Positions 63,902-64,000 of a stretch of DNA of 64,000 bases are shown here, piece by piece. The translations under genes were made by a program, and so were the position numbers. The stretch spans positions 26,784,001 to 26,848,000 of the forward strand of contig JBHGNT010000002.1 of assembly GCA_043228905.1 (NCBI GenBank), given 5' to 3'. Within the stretch, counting starts at the first letter, position 1; each line of letters begins with the position of its first letter. The notes under the pieces were generated by a model. That model was not told the DNA's origin and did not search any database. It worked only from the letters and a program-made list of their open reading frames with translations. The DNA comes from Azolla caroliniana (lineage: Eukaryota; Plantae; Polypodiophyta).

Positions 63902-64000
63902 GTAAAGTGTCCTTCTTTTCCTCTTAACAATATCCAATCCAATTTTGTTTTTATTTATAACGATCTCTTGCAAATCTCATTTATATTGTTTTTCGCTGTT

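Overview
Eukaryotic land-plant nuclear DNA: AT-rich, spliceosomal introns, many microsatellites. A fern is the likely source (inference from PLS-PPR genes with elongated L motifs and E-truncated ends). Ten protein-coding genes were reconstructed by hand: an LRR receptor-like protein, three PLS-class PPR genes, PsaF, a MYB-CC/PHR1-like factor, a 14-exon RluA-type pseudouridine synthase 5 homolog missed by the ORF track, a divergent type-B response regulator, eIF2B-delta, and a DCD/NRP gene running off the window end. Also present are a decayed receptor-kinase pseudogene, a PPR pseudogene, a hAT-type non-autonomous element with TIR/TSD, a LINE with poly(A) and a 20-bp TSD, and gypsy, copia and LINE relics. 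The most notable observation is a PPR editing-factor-like protein with an N-terminal OSB-type PDF ssDNA-binding motif. All family assignments come from motif recognition, not database searches.
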